The notes beneath the pieces are model-generated. The model was not told the origin of the DNA. It made no database searches and saw nothing but the letters and a program-made list of their open reading frames with translations. From assembly GCA_964637135.1 (NCBI GenBank), contig CAZWTX010000007.1, positions 1-64,000 on the forward strand: DNA of 64,000 nucleotides. Reading direction: 5' to 3'. This document shows positions 9,376 through 19,048 of the stretch, in pieces; the first letter of the stretch is position 1; each line of letters begins with the position of its first letter. The position numbers were made by a program, and so were the translations under genes. The stretch is from an uncultured Methanospirillum sp. (lineage in GTDB: Archaea > Halobacteriota > Methanomicrobia > Methanomicrobiales > Methanospirillaceae).

Positions 9376-11391
9376 TCACCCCTCCGAAGAAGCGGTCATG
9401 AACTGCTCGAGTGTCACCGGGGTTTTCTCCCGGTGAAAGACGTATGCCACTTCGTTCCAGGCCCGGTCGATCAGCCGGCGATAATATGCACCATCCACTG
9501 ATTCCGGTTCCCATGCCGGACATACGACTTTTTTCTCCTCGTCCATGACAAGGTACGAGGCATCCATGCCAGGCAGGAGCTCCACCCCGAGCTGGCGGTA
9601 CATCCGGATCACGGCCTGCGGAATACTCTCGTTCTTGTAGTTTGATCGTCCTATCCGCCGGGTGATGACCAGATCGGCCAGATCGGCAGCCAGGATTCCG
9701 TCCCGGTACCGGTGATACCGGGCAGATGCCTCATCCTCAAGGAGGAGGAGGTCGTCCGGGTCTCTCCGGGTGGCAAGCAGGGCAAGGAGTTCTTCCTGCA
9801 TCCGCCTGACATATGGTGGCATATCCCGTCTCCGGGCCGCAACCCCCCGCATCTTCACGCCACCGGAGACGAGACGGCCGAAGTACGATCCATATGCCCC
9901 TGACCCGTCGGCCTGGGGAAGGATAACGAGCCAGTCATATGACTCTGATTCGGTGTGAAACCCCGTCTTCTGCCGGATTGCAGATTCGATGGACCCGGGA
10001 TCGCCCCCGGTGAAGAAGATACAGTCAATGATGGCATGGAGCATCTTCGCCCCCTGCGATTCGGTGAGGCCGATGCACTCTTTCAGGATCCGGGTGGCAT
10101 TCAGCGTGATCTGTTCGTGTACCTCGATCCGCCCGAACCGGGCGTTTTTATACCCGGTGTACCCAAAGCAGGTGACCAGCATCCACTTGAGAATTCCGTC
10201 CATCTCCCGGTACCGGTGATCGGTCCGTTTCCGTTGTTTGGTCTCCTGCCTCAGCCGGAGAAGCGGCTCTAGTACCATCGGGAGAAATCCCTCTGTTCCC
10301 CCCGGGTGTGCAAGGGTCTCCGGGGAGAGGTTGCATGAGACGATGATCGAGGGATAAAAGGAGGTGAAGTCGATCTGGGTGACCCAGGCGAAGATCCCCG
10401 GGACCGGGTGATGCATGTACCCGCCCCGGTATTCAAGCCGCATGTCTGCGAGTTGCCGGCAGGCTTCCGTGTCCTGTTTGCGGTACGGTACCGCGATTCC
10501 CCGGATCAATGCCTCGTAGACTTCGTACCCGGAGACAAGGGTTCCCGGTGTCAGCCGGCAGGTGAGATTTGGCGAGAGTCCGGTCAGGCGGGAGGCAAGC
10601 AGGATCCCGGCAAGACCCCCTTCCCGGTACAGGTAACTCTGGCGGGTATCCATGATCAGGCGTCCTTCCGGGAGCCTTGCCCCGAGCCGGTGTTCCATCC
10701 GGCCGTAACTGTAGTATGACCGGGACCTGAGGATCCTGAACCGCCCGGTCCGGCTGAACGTGTTTACGATTCCCATCCGGTCGGCTGCATCACCGATCGC
10801 ATGCGACCAGGTATCGTACCCCGGAAAGAGGATGAGGTCGGGGTCCAGCGTACCGACGGTGTCCATGAGATCAGCCACGATTTGCCGCTCCGGGCCTGAA
10901 AGGACGGTCTCTTTGTCGTCAGAGCGGATCGTGACCGACCGGGGAAGGGTATCCCTGTGCGGGTTTTCCCGGCAGGTGATCGTAAGGCTGGAAAGGTCCC
11001 CGTACGGTTCGGCAAAGATCCGGTCTGCACCGACAATCCCGCCGGGGACACTGTTGTTCTCTGCAGCATACCGTTGTTCAGGCCTGATATCAACATTATA
11101 CAGCCTGGCCTCGTGCCCGGTCTGGAGTTCGATCCGGTCGGCTGTTTCGCGCCCGGCAGAGACGATGAATCCTTCTTCATTGCCATGGATGGTCTGAATC
11201 CGGCATGGCGTGAGCGGGCAGGTTTCTTCGAGCCCGTCAAGGAGTTCGTACCACCGGTGGGGATCCGGAAAGGAGAGGAGAAAGGAGGGCTCAAAGGCAT
11301 GACTGGTACTGGTGAACCGGCCGGCCGTCCGCTCCCAGACGGTCACTCCTGTGGGGGTCCGGGTGATATCAAGAATAAACCGGTCTGTCAT
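9376..11391 (-). CDS. polB2: Family B DNA polymerase, PolB2 group
   Basis: Motif [12 protein letters not shown], motif [11 protein letters not shown], altered motif [21 protein letters not shown]; degenerate exonuclease motifs. Confidence 0.85.
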   Translation of the reverse strand: MTDRFILDITRTPTGVTVWERTAGRFTSTSHAFEPSFLLSFPDPHRWYELLDGLEETCPLTPCRIQTIHGNEEGFIVSAGRETADRIELQTGHEARLYNVDIRPEQRYAAENNSVPGGIVGADRIFAEPYGDLSSLTITCRENPHRDTLPRSVTIRSDDKETVLSGPERQIVADLMDTVGTLDPDLILFPGYDTWSHAIGDAADRMGIVNTFSRTGRFRILRSRSYYSYGRMEHRLGARLPEGRLIMDTRQSYLYREGGLAGILLASRLTGLSPNLTCRLTPGTLVSGYEVYEALIRGIAVPYRKQDTEACRQLADMRLEYRGGYMHHPVPGIFAWVTQIDFTSFYPSIIVSCNLSPETLAHPGGTEGFLPMVLEPLLRLRQETKQRKRTDHRYREMDGILKWMLVTCFGYTGYKNARFGRIEVHEQITLNATRILKECIGLTESQGAKMLHAIIDCIFFTGGDPGSIESAIRQKTGFHTESESYDWLVILPQADGSGAYGSYFGRLVSGGVKMRGVAARRRDMPPYVRRMQEELLALLATRRDPDDLLLLEDEASARYHRYRDGILAADLADLVITRRIGRSNYKNESIPQAVIRMYRQLGVELLPGMDASYLVMDEEKKVVCPAWEPESVDGAYYRRLIDRAWNEVAYVFHREKTPVTLEQFMTASSEG

Positions 11392-11897
11392 TCCCAGATC
11401 CCCTTGAGTGTCTCCTGTTTTCCGCTCCGCTTCCCGGATGGAACACGGAGAGAGGCTGCCGCCATGTCGTAGAGATAGATCACCCGGTCTGCATATTCGA
11501 AGAACGTGTGCACGGCCTGGTCAGGGCGGGTGGCAAAGAGGATGATCCTGCGACCGTCAGCCCTCGTATCCGCACATCTTCTCGCGATTGCCGGAATAAG
11601 CGGATTGCCTTCCTCGTATAGCGACCGGTCATGTTCAAACAGGATCGTTGTCTGATGGGCTTCGTCCAGGATCGTGATGACCTGGTGGGCGGTAAGTGCA
11701 CGCCTGACCGCGAATGTACCGCTGTACCGGGAGAGCGACGGGAGAAATACTGGGTAATTTCCGCAGAGATAGAGAACCAGTCCCCCGGGCCGGCTGATGA
11801 ATGCGGTGAGCGCCCGGGTCAGGGACACCGGCGGAGCGATGAATACGGTAAAACCGTATGACCCGGGGAACGGGTGGCGGGGGGTCAGGGATGTCAT
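11388..11897 (-). CDS. PolB2-associated inactivated RecA/RadA-like protein
   Basis: VLYLCGNY, VRRALTAHQVITILDEAH, EHDRSLYE; no Walker A motif; 4-bp overlap with the polB2 start. Confidence 0.7.
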   Translation of the reverse strand: MTSLTPRHPFPGSYGFTVFIAPPVSLTRALTAFISRPGGLVLYLCGNYPVFLPSLSRYSGTFAVRRALTAHQVITILDEAHQTTILFEHDRSLYEEGNPLIPAIARRCADTRADGRRIILFATRPDQAVHTFFEYADRVIYLYDMAAASLRVPSGKRSGKQETLKGIWE

Positions 11898-12165
11898 GGC
11901 ATAGCAGGATCCCGGTACCTGGTATCTATACCTGAGGGAAGAAGCGTGAAAGTGATCGGGAGGGTTAAACCGCCGTTCCTCCAGTCAGCAATGCCTATAC
12001 ACCTGCACCGGCTGGCTTCGATCACTTTCAGGAAAAATACCCTCATCCGGGGGCATCGGAATGTGCACAAAACCCGGGATAACGGGATTTTTTCTGATTA
12101 TCCCGGCGAAAAGAGAATGACGGGATACCTTCTTCCCTGGCGGGCGGGGAGACCCCCCGTGAGTC

Positions 12166-13518
12166 TTACTCTGGAAGGGCCAGGATAAACCTCCCGGCAC
12201 GGACGTCCCCGACCCATTGCCTGAACGACGCAACTCCTTCGATCATTCTCGCCCCGTGCGTTCTGAAGAATGCCTCTTCGGCCGCTTCACCGGACGGGCG
12301 TGAAACCCTGAATGCGGCGAGTGCCTCCGCTCCGTTGTAATCGTTGACCGCGAACCTGACATAGTATGCCAGGTACGAGGCCATCATGGCCTCACCGGTG
12401 ACCGCCGCGATGTGGTAGGGATGTGATATCAGGGCCGGGGCAAGGAGGTTTGAGTTGAATATTCCTGCCTGCTGGAGAGACTCCGTGATCGGGTTGAGGT
12501 CTATCATGAAACAGAACCCTCCGGCAGGTTCGGTCACCCGGACTCCCTCGATCTCACGGCAGAGGGCGGCGGTCCGGGTGGTCATGATCCGGTGTATCTC
12601 CCGTACATCGGAGAGAGCCGATTCATTCGTTTCGGGATCCCTGAATGCAGAGAGGGCCGCATACTGCATCGGGGTGGCAGCCCCGGTATAGAGGGTTGCC
12701 AGGATCTTTTCCAGTTCCTGCACGAGCATCTCACCGCCCTCCTCCGGGATGATGACGGTCCCGATACGGTATCCCCCCGCAGAATAGGCAAACGAGAGAC
12801 TCCCGATGACAAAGGTGCCTTCCGGATACAGGGAACCCATGCTGACGAACTGCTGCTGATCGTAGACCAGCGGCCCGGTGACCTCGTCGGCGAGAACAAG
12901 GGTTCTGAATTCCCGGCAGACTTCTGCGATCGCCTCAAGTTCTTCCCGGGTGTAGAGGACCCCGGTCGGATTGGACGGGTTGTTCAGGATCAGGAGATGC
13001 TGGGTTTTGACGAGCCCTTTCAAAAGGGCACGCAGTTCAGGTGCCCGGATCTTATACTGGTATGCCCGGTTCGTGTACATCCGGTAGTAGGGAACATTCA
13101 GGATCCTGAGCATCGGGAGGTAGCCGAGCCAGCCGGGTGACGGGATCACGACAGAACCGGCAAGGAGGGTAAAAATCGAAAAGATCAGGGATTTTGCTCC
13201 CGGGCCGATGAACACCCGGCCTGGATCGATTGTCCGGCCGATCTGGCGTCCATACATCCCGGCGACCGCTGCCCGGAGCTCGGGAAGACCAGCCGGCTCC
13301 GGGTACCGGCCCGGGTTTAACGATTCCGATCCGCAGAGTATCTGCTGCAGCTCACCGGGAACCGGGAACGGGGACTGGCCAAGCCCGAACCGGTACGGCT
13401 CTGCCGTGCATCCCATTGCTGCACAATGCTGCTCCTGTTGCCTGACAAGGCGGGAATACCGCAGGTTCTCCGGGAGCTGGATCCGGTCAACCTTTGCATT
13501 AATCGAAATTCCGGGCAT
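12166..13518 (-). CDS. Class I/II PLP aminotransferase-fold protein lacking the catalytic lysine
   Basis: FGLGQSPFP, GLPELR, NNPSNPTG and GGYRIG are present, but SLSF replaces SLSK and DEVT replaces DEIY. Confidence 0.85.
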   Translation of the reverse strand: MPGISINAKVDRIQLPENLRYSRLVRQQEQHCAAMGCTAEPYRFGLGQSPFPVPGELQQILCGSESLNPGRYPEPAGLPELRAAVAGMYGRQIGRTIDPGRVFIGPGAKSLIFSIFTLLAGSVVIPSPGWLGYLPMLRILNVPYYRMYTNRAYQYKIRAPELRALLKGLVKTQHLLILNNPSNPTGVLYTREELEAIAEVCREFRTLVLADEVTGPLVYDQQQFVSMGSLYPEGTFVIGSLSFAYSAGGYRIGTVIIPEEGGEMLVQELEKILATLYTGAATPMQYAALSAFRDPETNESALSDVREIHRIMTTRTAALCREIEGVRVTEPAGGFCFMIDLNPITESLQQAGIFNSNLLAPALISHPYHIAAVTGEAMMASYLAYYVRFAVNDYNGAEALAAFRVSRPSGEAAEEAFFRTHGARMIEGVASFRQWVGDVRAGRFILALPE

Positions 13519-13589
13519 GGTCCTTGAGTGAGAATATCAGGGCCCAAGTATTTATTAGTTCTATCCGTCTCCTGCACTGGGCGGGGATG

Positions 13590-13862
13590 TCAGGATCGTG
13601 AATCAGACCGGATCTTCACCGCGATGAGAATGCTGATCAGGATCAGAACTCCGGAGTTAGCAACTATAACCGGGATATCGGTATCAAAGATCCCGTAGGT
13701 CAGCCATAGGGCGGCACCGGTGAAGAGAAGGAGAAGCATGCCGGACGAGATATCATGGGCAGATCGGGTTGTCCAGGTCCTGAGAACCTGGGGAAGAAAT
13801 GCAATGGTGCTGCAGGCTCCAGCAACAAACCCGAGTATTGTAATGAAACTGAAATCAGGTAT
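13590..13862 (-). CDS. SemiSWEET / PQ-loop sugar transporter (apparent ATA start)
   Basis: Not in the ORF track. Manual translation: (I/M)PDFSFITILGFVAGACSTIAFLPQVLRTWTTRSAHDISSGMLLLLFTGAALWLTYGIFDTDIPVIVANSGVLILISILIAVKIRSDSRS, 90 aa with PQ, DIS, W..YG and P...AN motifs. Confidence 0.85.
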   Translation of the reverse strand: MPDFSFITILGFVAGACSTIAFLPQVLRTWTTRSAHDISSGMLLLLFTGAALWLTYGIFDTDIPVIVANSGVLILISILIAVKIRSDSRS

Positions 13863-13921
13863 CTGTTCTCACGTATCAGGGAGTAATAGGATATCAGGGT
13901 ATCTGGAGATTTTCCTCTGGT

Positions 13922-13965
13922 CCGGTGGCATCACGCTCACCCGGATTATCGTATGATGCCACCGG
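13922..13965. repeat. Perfect 12-bp inverted repeat (hairpin)
   Basis: ccggtggcatca (13922-13933) and tgatgccaccgg (13954-13965), between divergent genes. Confidence 0.75.
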
Positions 13966-14181
13966 TATCCGGATGATCGTAACCGGCGGTATACTGACCG
14001 GTTCGTCCCGTGATGGTTTGGATTTCATATGATCTGCCTTCTGCCATCAGGTTCAAATCCCCTCCTGTCTGGTTCCTGATTCTTTATCATCTCATCATGA
14101 GAAGAATGTTCGAGATCTTTCCTACTGACAACAATCTCCTTTCAGGAAAGGCAGAACACACGGATACTCCCAGGAAACATC

Positions 14182-15582
14182 ATGTCATTGCGCACTATTA
14201 TCCTCATCCTGCTGCTGGCTGCCGGAGCCGGCTCTCTCGCCGGCATTGCATTCGCAGCAGATATTCCGCCGGCTCCTCCTTCCGGGGGACCGGGAACCGG
14301 ACACGCTCCTCCGGACGGAGGAGAGATGCCACCGTCCGGTTCCCCGCCTGGCGGTTCTCATCCCGGTAAAAACACCGGATCAGACACATACACGTTGAGC
14401 GGGGCATACACGATAGACGGCACAACCGCAGAAGAAACCGGGAAAACATACACTTCTGATAAGACCGATGTCTCGGCCATCTATGTCACGAACGGTGGAT
14501 CCCTGACTCTGAACTCCCCGGTTATCAGCACGAGCGGTGACACCACCTCGAATGATGCCAGCAGTTTTTACGGACTGAACGGAGCGGTTCTTGCAAATAA
14601 TGGCAGTACCGTTGTTATTGACGTGGGGAGCATCACCACGATCGGATCTGGTGCAAACGGGGCTATCCCGACCGGGGAAGGAACATCTCTCACCCTCCGC
14701 AATACCACGATATCGGCATCCGGCGATGGCGGACATGGGGTCATGGCAACCCTTGGTGCCTCGCTCATCCTTGAAAACGTTGATATCGTGACCACCGGGC
14801 CACATGGTGCACCGATCGCAACCGACCGGGGAAGTGGTACCGTGACCGTGACCGGGGGAACCTTCACCTCTTCTGGTTCTGGTTCACCGGGGATCTATTC
14901 AACCGGTGTGATCACCGTAGATGGCGGGGTATTTACCTGCACGGGGACCGAAGCAGCGGTGATTGAAGGGTCAAACACGATCACTCTGAAGAATACCAGC
15001 CTGACCGGCGGTGATGAAGATACCCCGGGCGTGATGATCTACCAGAGTTTCTCCGGTGATGCCGAGGTCGGAGAAGGTACCTTCACCATGGAAGGGGGAC
15101 TGCTTGAGAACAACGATGGACCGGTCTTCTTTATCACCAACACCGCGGCGGTAATCACCCTAGACAGTGTGGAACTGACCAGTACCGGGGATGTCCTCGT
15201 GAATGCATCAGGAACATCCCGGTGGGGAAAGGACGGTGAAAACGGCGGAACGGTCTTTCTCACGATAACAAACACCGACCTTTCGGGATCGCTTCTCACT
15301 GATGAGATCAGTTCGATATCTGCCACCCTGAGGGATCATTCCACGCTGACCGGTACCATCAACACGGCTGCCCTCTCCCTGGACGCGACCAGTACCTGGG
15401 AAGTAACCGGCGATTCGGTACTGACCGGCCTGAACGATCCGGATGGAATATCCGGCAATTCGATCATGAATATCATCGGGAACGGATACACGGTTACCTA
15501 TGACCCGGACGATGAAGTGAGCAGCATTCTTGGCGGAAAGACCTATTTCCTGGCAAACGGGGGAACACTCGTTCCTGAATGA
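14182..15582 (+). CDS. Secreted beta-helix / adhesin-like protein
   Basis: Signal peptide, Pro/Gly-rich linker, Gly/Thr/Ser-rich strand repeats, C-terminal LSLDATSTWEVTGDS...LGGKTY.LANGG. Confidence 0.75.
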   Translation: MSLRTIILILLLAAGAGSLAGIAFAADIPPAPPSGGPGTGHAPPDGGEMPPSGSPPGGSHPGKNTGSDTYTLSGAYTIDGTTAEETGKTYTSDKTDVSAIYVTNGGSLTLNSPVISTSGDTTSNDASSFYGLNGAVLANNGSTVVIDVGSITTIGSGANGAIPTGEGTSLTLRNTTISASGDGGHGVMATLGASLILENVDIVTTGPHGAPIATDRGSGTVTVTGGTFTSSGSGSPGIYSTGVITVDGGVFTCTGTEAAVIEGSNTITLKNTSLTGGDEDTPGVMIYQSFSGDAEVGEGTFTMEGGLLENNDGPVFFITNTAAVITLDSVELTSTGDVLVNASGTSRWGKDGENGGTVFLTITNTDLSGSLLTDEISSISATLRDHSTLTGTINTAALSLDATSTWEVTGDSVLTGLNDPDGISGNSIMNIIGNGYTVTYDPDDEVSSILGGKTYFLANGGTLVPE

Positions 15583-15741
15583 TAGAGTTCTCCCACTGAC
15601 TTATTCATCCTTTTTTCGTCCGGTTTCAGATAGGGGAATGATCCATGGACCTGCTAAGAAAGCAATGACTGAAATTGTTGACAATTATCCGGGGTTCCCG
15701 GAAAGAGGGATACTTCGGTTAAAAAATATGAGATCCGGGGT

Positions 15742-16311
15742 TTAATCCACCCAGAGAGGGAAGTTGAGAACGCCCTTGTCTATGATCCAGTCATAGGTCT
15801 TCGTGATCTTGGTCAGGGTGATCACCTTGTTTCGGTGCTGCTCGGGGACCGGTTTCACTTTATACGGCTCAATATCGGTGTACGGAACCCAGGTCTCATC
15901 ATGGTATTCGTGGGGAATGAGGGTCGTCCCGTCTGCACTGTAGACAAACCCGAGGAAACTGAACGGGTTTGCACCGAGGGGTTTTTCTTTCCCGTCACGG
16001 CCCTGGATTCGGTTTATGTGTATCCCTATCAGTTTATTTCCTTTCTTCATACTCCGGAATATCTCGTACTTGACCCACCGGTGGTTGTAGGTACTGGTCC
16101 CGATGAGAACGACGGAGACCTGGGTATTCTGGAGGGATCGTTCGATGAGTTTCTTCAGGTTTTCATCGCCTGAACTTCCGACCGATTCCCAGATCTGCGT
16201 GGAAAAGTATCCTTCATGGTCATTGTGGGTAAACTTATGCGACCTGACGACTTTCACCCTGAGATCGTTCATATCCTGTGTACTGATACAGAAAAAAACT
16301 CTCTTTGACAT
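15742..16311 (-). CDS. TIR-domain protein (MTH538/DUF1863, ThsB-like)
   Basis: KRVFF, LKKLIERSLQNTQVSVVLIG.STY...WVKYEIFRS..KGNKLIGIHI, PLGANPF, YDWI.D.G..NF..WV. Confidence 0.85.
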   Translation of the reverse strand: MSKRVFFCISTQDMNDLRVKVVRSHKFTHNDHEGYFSTQIWESVGSSGDENLKKLIERSLQNTQVSVVLIGTSTYNHRWVKYEIFRSMKKGNKLIGIHINRIQGRDGKEKPLGANPFSFLGFVYSADGTTLIPHEYHDETWVPYTDIEPYKVKPVPEQHRNKVITLTKITKTYDWIIDKGVLNFPLWVD

Positions 16312-16675
16312 GGTCAGGCACCCGGGATCCTAATGGTAAATCCATCGGATTAGGCGATAAATATAACGAAATGAGATTCGGAAAATCATTGATGTTTTTC
16401 ATGAAAAAATGGCTTAATCCGAATCTTTTTACCCGGTTCACCGGATCGGATCACCCGGACACCATACCGGAGGCGCCATATGACTGGGGCGAATTCCTGT
16501 CCCGTGAGGCTGAACGGATGCCGCTAATCAGCCAGTGTGGTATCGTTCGCCTGTTATATCGGGCCGGCTCTGTATGCGAAGCGGGAAAACCGGATCTGCC
16601 GGCCCTGATGAACCGGCCCGGGGGTGGATGTTCCGGAAATCCATGACTCTCACGAGCTTCATACGGGAACGGGGA

Positions 16676-18142
16676 TCACTCCCCGGGTGACTCCGCCAGC
16701 TGATCTGTTCCCCGCATAGCTGAGGCAATGATTGCCAGTATCGTCATACCCGATGAGATCCAGAACGCCATCGTGATCCCCCCGGTGAAGGCAGCCTGAA
16801 CAGGTACCGGCTGATGCATGCCGCCGACGACGAACATGGTCATCATCTCATCCAGGGATACCGTGCTGATGAGAATAGGAAGAGCAATCGTCATGGATAT
16901 GACTGCCCCGGTATTCTGGAGGAATACCCGCATGGCCGAGGCAGCCCCCCGGCGGTCAGGCCGGACACTGGCCATGATGGCACTGGTATTCGGGGGCTGA
17001 AAGAGACCGGATCCCACCCCGGTGACGAACAGCCAGAGGAGGATCAGCCAGGACGGGGTATCGTATTGCATCATGGCAAGCCCGATAAGACCGATGAGGG
17101 AGATGACAAGCCCGGACGTGGTCACGATCCGGGAACCATACCGGTCTGAGAGGATCCCCCCCACCGGGCCGGTGAGAACGAGCCCGATCCCCATGGGTGC
17201 GATCAGGATACTGGCCATCAGGGGATCGTATCCTTTCAGACCCTGGAAGAAGAGGATGAGCAGCATCATGATGGCTCCCCGGCCAATCGCGTTGATGAAC
17301 GCACTTGACTGGCCGAACAGGTAGGTTCGTCCCCTGAAAAGGGAGAGATCCACGAGGGGGGACGGGCATGTTCGTTCATGCCTGATGAAAACAGCAAGAC
17401 TGACCAGGCCGATGGCAAGGGTGAACAGCATTTCAGGGCTGAAGAGCCCGATCAAAAAACCCGCTCCGCCATAGATTGTTAATGCGACAAATGCCACTGA
17501 AAAGAGGATCATGCCGGTCAGATCAAAGGTCTCATCTCCCGCGAACGTATGCACTTCGTGAAGCCGGGTCCAGGTCAGGTATGCAGCGACGATACCGATG
17601 GGGACATTGAGAAAGAAGTTCAGCCGCCAGTCTATCATCGTCAGGAATCCGCCGACGATCGGGCCGAGGACAAATGTTCCAGCGATGATCGTCGAGAGGA
17701 TGCCCATCGCCCGGCCGAGTTCATGCCGGGGAAAGGCATCTGCAACGATGATCGTGCCGTTGGCAACAATGATAGCTCCTCCGACCGCCTGGAAGATCCG
17801 AAATCCGATCAGCTGGTATACATCGGTTACCAGCCCGCAGAGAAGGGATGTCACGGTGAATACAAGGATTCCGGCAATATAGATCTTCTTTCTTCCGTAC
17901 ATATCGGCAATCCGGCCGCAGGCAGGCGCCAGGATCGTCATGACGAGCATATACACGATAAGCACCCAGGTCACGTTGACAAGGGTGGTGTTGAGACTGA
18001 CCATCAGGGTCGGGAGGGCGATGATAAGCGTGCTCGAGTTCAGAATACCGACGAGGGTTCCAAGGGAAGCGACGAGCAGGGCGGTCCATTTATTGGTGGT
18101 ATCAGGGTGATGTGCGGGTGTATTATTTCCGGGAGTGAACAT
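16676..18142 (-). CDS. MFS drug-efflux transporter (DHA2, EmrB/QacA-like)
   Basis: GRIADMYGRKK motif A, RIFQAVGGA, GPIVGGFL, FFLNVPIG; about 14 TM segments. Confidence 0.92.
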   Translation of the reverse strand: MFTPGNNTPAHHPDTTNKWTALLVASLGTLVGILNSSTLIIALPTLMVSLNTTLVNVTWVLIVYMLVMTILAPACGRIADMYGRKKIYIAGILVFTVTSLLCGLVTDVYQLIGFRIFQAVGGAIIVANGTIIVADAFPRHELGRAMGILSTIIAGTFVLGPIVGGFLTMIDWRLNFFLNVPIGIVAAYLTWTRLHEVHTFAGDETFDLTGMILFSVAFVALTIYGGAGFLIGLFSPEMLFTLAIGLVSLAVFIRHERTCPSPLVDLSLFRGRTYLFGQSSAFINAIGRGAIMMLLILFFQGLKGYDPLMASILIAPMGIGLVLTGPVGGILSDRYGSRIVTTSGLVISLIGLIGLAMMQYDTPSWLILLWLFVTGVGSGLFQPPNTSAIMASVRPDRRGAASAMRVFLQNTGAVISMTIALPILISTVSLDEMMTMFVVGGMHQPVPVQAAFTGGITMAFWISSGMTILAIIASAMRGTDQLAESPGE

Positions 18143-18559
18143 GAGGTATCACCGGTTTCAGGCATGAACTTCTCATAAAAACCAATCGACTGAGTATCCG
18201 CGATCTGCCGGAAAGACTGATCCATCCGGAATCATATCTAATTGTGACCGTCCGTTTTAAGGGGGATTCATTACCGTTATGAGGGATATTTTTCCAAGGG
18301 TGGTTTCATTGCGGAATCGGGAAATTCTGCCAGGATTATGAGGGTCTCCGATCTAAGGTCAGTCCTGTATTGGAATCAGTACCTTGTATACATTATCGCT
18401 ACTGTATCCCAAATATCGTTAATCTGCCTGAATATAGAATATCAACATCCCTCTGATACCCGGGGCGCCCGGGCATCATGGCAGGATATCATCACCCGGT
18501 ACCTGGCAAATAGGAAAAACCAGTTACGATGCTATGGATGTTCAGCTCAGGCATAGGTT

Positions 18560-18588
18560 TATAATTAGGCAAACTCTAACTAATTATA
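18560..18588. promoter_or_regulatory. Palindromic operator overlapping the TATA-like box of the marR-lon operon
   Basis: tataattag-N11-ctaattata, ending 6 bp upstream of the marR ATG. Confidence 0.65.
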
Positions 18589-18594
18589 TTCCCC

Positions 18595-19014
18595 ATGTCT
18601 GACCGAAGGGAGCACCTGTTCCTGGTGTTTCATAACCTGACTAAGCTCAAGAGCGAATGCTCGTGTGGAATTCTTTCAGAGTGCTGTCTCTCGGATATCA
18701 CGCTGAAGCAGATCCACTATCTGAAAATGATCGATCAACATGGAGAAGTCACATTCAGCAGGCTGGCAGAGATAACAGAGAATTCAAAACCCACCATTAC
18801 GGACATGATCAACAAACTGGTCAGGATGGACTGCGTATACCGGGAACAGTGTCCGCACGACGGGAGAATCCATTATATCCGCCTGACCGGGAAAGGAGAG
18901 ATGATTGCCCGTGCTGAAGAGATGGCACTCCAACGGGTCATCAAACGATTGGAACAATCGCTGAATGAAGATGAACTGGATCTCCTGATCGAGATCCTGA
19001 GAAAAGTCATCTAA
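18595..19014 (+). CDS. MarR family regulator (six Cys)
   Basis: ITLKQIHYL, SRLAEITENSKPTITDMINKL, DGRIHYIRLTGKG. Confidence 0.92.
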   Translation: MSDRREHLFLVFHNLTKLKSECSCGILSECCLSDITLKQIHYLKMIDQHGEVTFSRLAEITENSKPTITDMINKLVRMDCVYREQCPHDGRIHYIRLTGKGEMIARAEEMALQRVIKRLEQSLNEDELDLLIEILRKVI

Positions 19015-19029
19015 ATTTTTGCTGATTAC

Positions 19030-19048
19030 TTAGGTAAATTAAAACTAA
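19030..19048. promoter_or_regulatory. Second copy of the operator, directly upstream of lon
   Basis: ttaggtaaattaaaactaa matches ttaggcaaactctaactaa at 15 of 19 positions with the same TTAG-N11-CTAA spacing. Confidence 0.55.
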
